64,000 nucleotides of DNA, taken from NCBI RefSeq assembly GCF_030028105.1, contig NC_092370.1, positions 242,836,005 to 242,900,004 on the forward strand, read 5' to 3'. Source of the DNA: Mobula birostris. Its lineage: Eukaryota. The position numbers and the translations under genes are program-made. The notes beneath the pieces were generated by a model. That model was not told where the DNA came from. It searched no databases and saw only the letters and a program-made list of their open reading frames with translations. Shown here piece after piece: positions 62,450 to 64,000 of this stretch (its first letter is position 1; each line of letters opens with the position of its first letter).

Positions 62450-62765
62450 TTTTTTGCAAAGAATCAGACCTTTAGCCCATCTAGACTATGCTGACTCATT
62501 TTGCTGCCTAAACGTATCTACCTATACCTGTACCATAGCCCTCCATGCCCTCTCATACATCTATCCAAACTTCCCTTAAATGTTGAAATCAAGCCTGCAC
62601 CCACCACTTCTACTGGCAGCTCGTTATATACTCTCACCACCCTCTGAGTGAAGAAGTTCCCCCTCAGCTTCCCTTTAAATATTTCACCTTTCATCCTAAA
62701 CCCATGACCTCTATTTCTATTCACACCAAACCTCAGCGGAAAAAGCCTGCTTGCAATTATCCTAT
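62450..62765 (-). mobile_element. CR1 3' end
   Basis: NRGHGFRMKGEIFKGKLRGNFFTQRVVRVYNELP. Confidence 0.85.
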
Positions 62766-63559
62766 CGCAAATCAAAATCAAATTAAATCAGATCAAGTTT
62801 AATTAATAGATAAAGCCAAACAAAAGAGCATTCCTCTGGGGCAAAGTTGCAAAACAAACACAGCAAATTCAAAATAGTGAGCAAAAAAAACCCATATTCA
62901 GGCAAAAAAAGAACATATATAGTCCAAAACTCCGAGAAACACGTCCCACAAGTTGATGGTATAGTCTTCTGGCAGTGCGCAAATGCACTTAATCCAGTCT
63001 GTTATTCCACTAATTGCACATAGGAGGGCAGCACCTACAGGAGAAGCCAGCCCTTAGTTGAGCATGGATGCCATGCTACACCTCTGGCATCTCCTCATCT
63101 TGACTGCAGCAGCAGGCAAGCCTGCGGCTTGAGGCCTAGTCCTTGCTACAGCTGAGGCTACACAGTTCCCACATTGTCTGTCCCACCACCGAACATGGGA
63201 AACTGGCCTGCAGCATCTTACGTTATCAATGTCCAACAGAGTCTTGCGATTGCAAGAGAAACGTGCCAAACAATCATGCATGGTCACACTGCATGCCACC
63301 TTCGTGCACGTACTCTGATGCCTTTGAGTAGCAGGCAATGACATGATCTGCACCTAGGTCAGCTGCTCAGAACCCAGTCCAGCTCCTCCAACATCCTGGC
63401 CGGCTCCTCTGACAGGCCAGCTGGCTCCTTCTCCAAAAGGATGGCCAGCTCCTTCGACACCTCGTCCTGCTACATCAATGACACAAGTCCAGCTACCCTG
63501 ATCAATGATTAGGTAGCACAACACTATTAGAGCTCGGGGTATAACTTTGAGGCTTCAGC

Positions 63560-64000
63560 AAAGAGAAGCTTCACTCAGAGAAAGCAAAGCTCAAGTTTTT
63601 TTCTTTCTCATCTTTATACCTGCTTAGCTAGGTAGAGACAACCGGCAGGATAGGGCAATGCTCCTCTTGCGAGATGTGGGAAGGCAGGGAGACCCCAATG
63701 TCCCTGACCACTACAACTACAAGAAGTGTATCCAGCTGCAGCTTCTAACAAACTGCGTTAAGGAGTTGGAGCTAGAACTGCATGAACTTTGTGTCATTCA
63801 GGAGGCTGAAGGGGCTGATAGATAGGACATATAAAGAGGTAGTTACACCCAAGGTGCAGGACACAGGAAACTTTGTGACAGTCACGGAGGAGAAAGGGGC
63901 CTAAAAGCCAATACAGAGTACCCCCGTGGACATCCCCTCAACAACAGGTCCATCACTATGGATACTATCGCGGTGATAATCTACATGTGGTTGGGTCTCC
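63560..64000 (+). mobile_element. CR1 5' region / ORF1 N-terminus (zinc-finger and coiled-coil), degenerate
   Basis: CSSCEMWEGRE..VPDHYNYKKCIQLQLLTNCVKELELELHEL. Confidence 0.7.

Noticed and set aside
1-64000. CRISPR arrays, operons or prokaryotic defence systems
   Set aside because: There is no regularly spaced repeat-spacer array or gene-dense region; the sequence is eukaryotic and dominated by repeats.

Overview
Repeat-dense vertebrate genomic DNA, most consistent with a cartilaginous fish (ray/shark), judged from V-domain HE1-like SINEs, HER1-like CR1 LINEs and DeuSINE relics. There are no prokaryotic features and no intact long ORF; almost every ORF in the supplied track is a transposon fragment or spurious. 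Most of the window is nested, decayed mobile DNA: CR1, Rex1/Babar, L2, RTE and R4/Dong LINEs, several SINE families, Penelope-like elements carrying minimal hammerhead ribozymes, a deleted Gypsy LTR element, Tc1/mariner MITEs and a probable Chapaev/CMC transposase relic. In the unique islands between about 6.1 and 22.5 kb, a minus-strand chain of GT-AG-bounded exons (190, 33, 21, 24, 17 nt and a terminal exon) splices in frame into a 69-aa precursor-like ORF. It has a signal-peptide-like N-terminus, an RR site and a 30-aa four-cysteine C-terminal peptide that I do not recognise. This is a by-eye model and needs RNA-seq or orthologue confirmation. Family names come from motif recognition, not database searches, and repeat boundaries are approximate.
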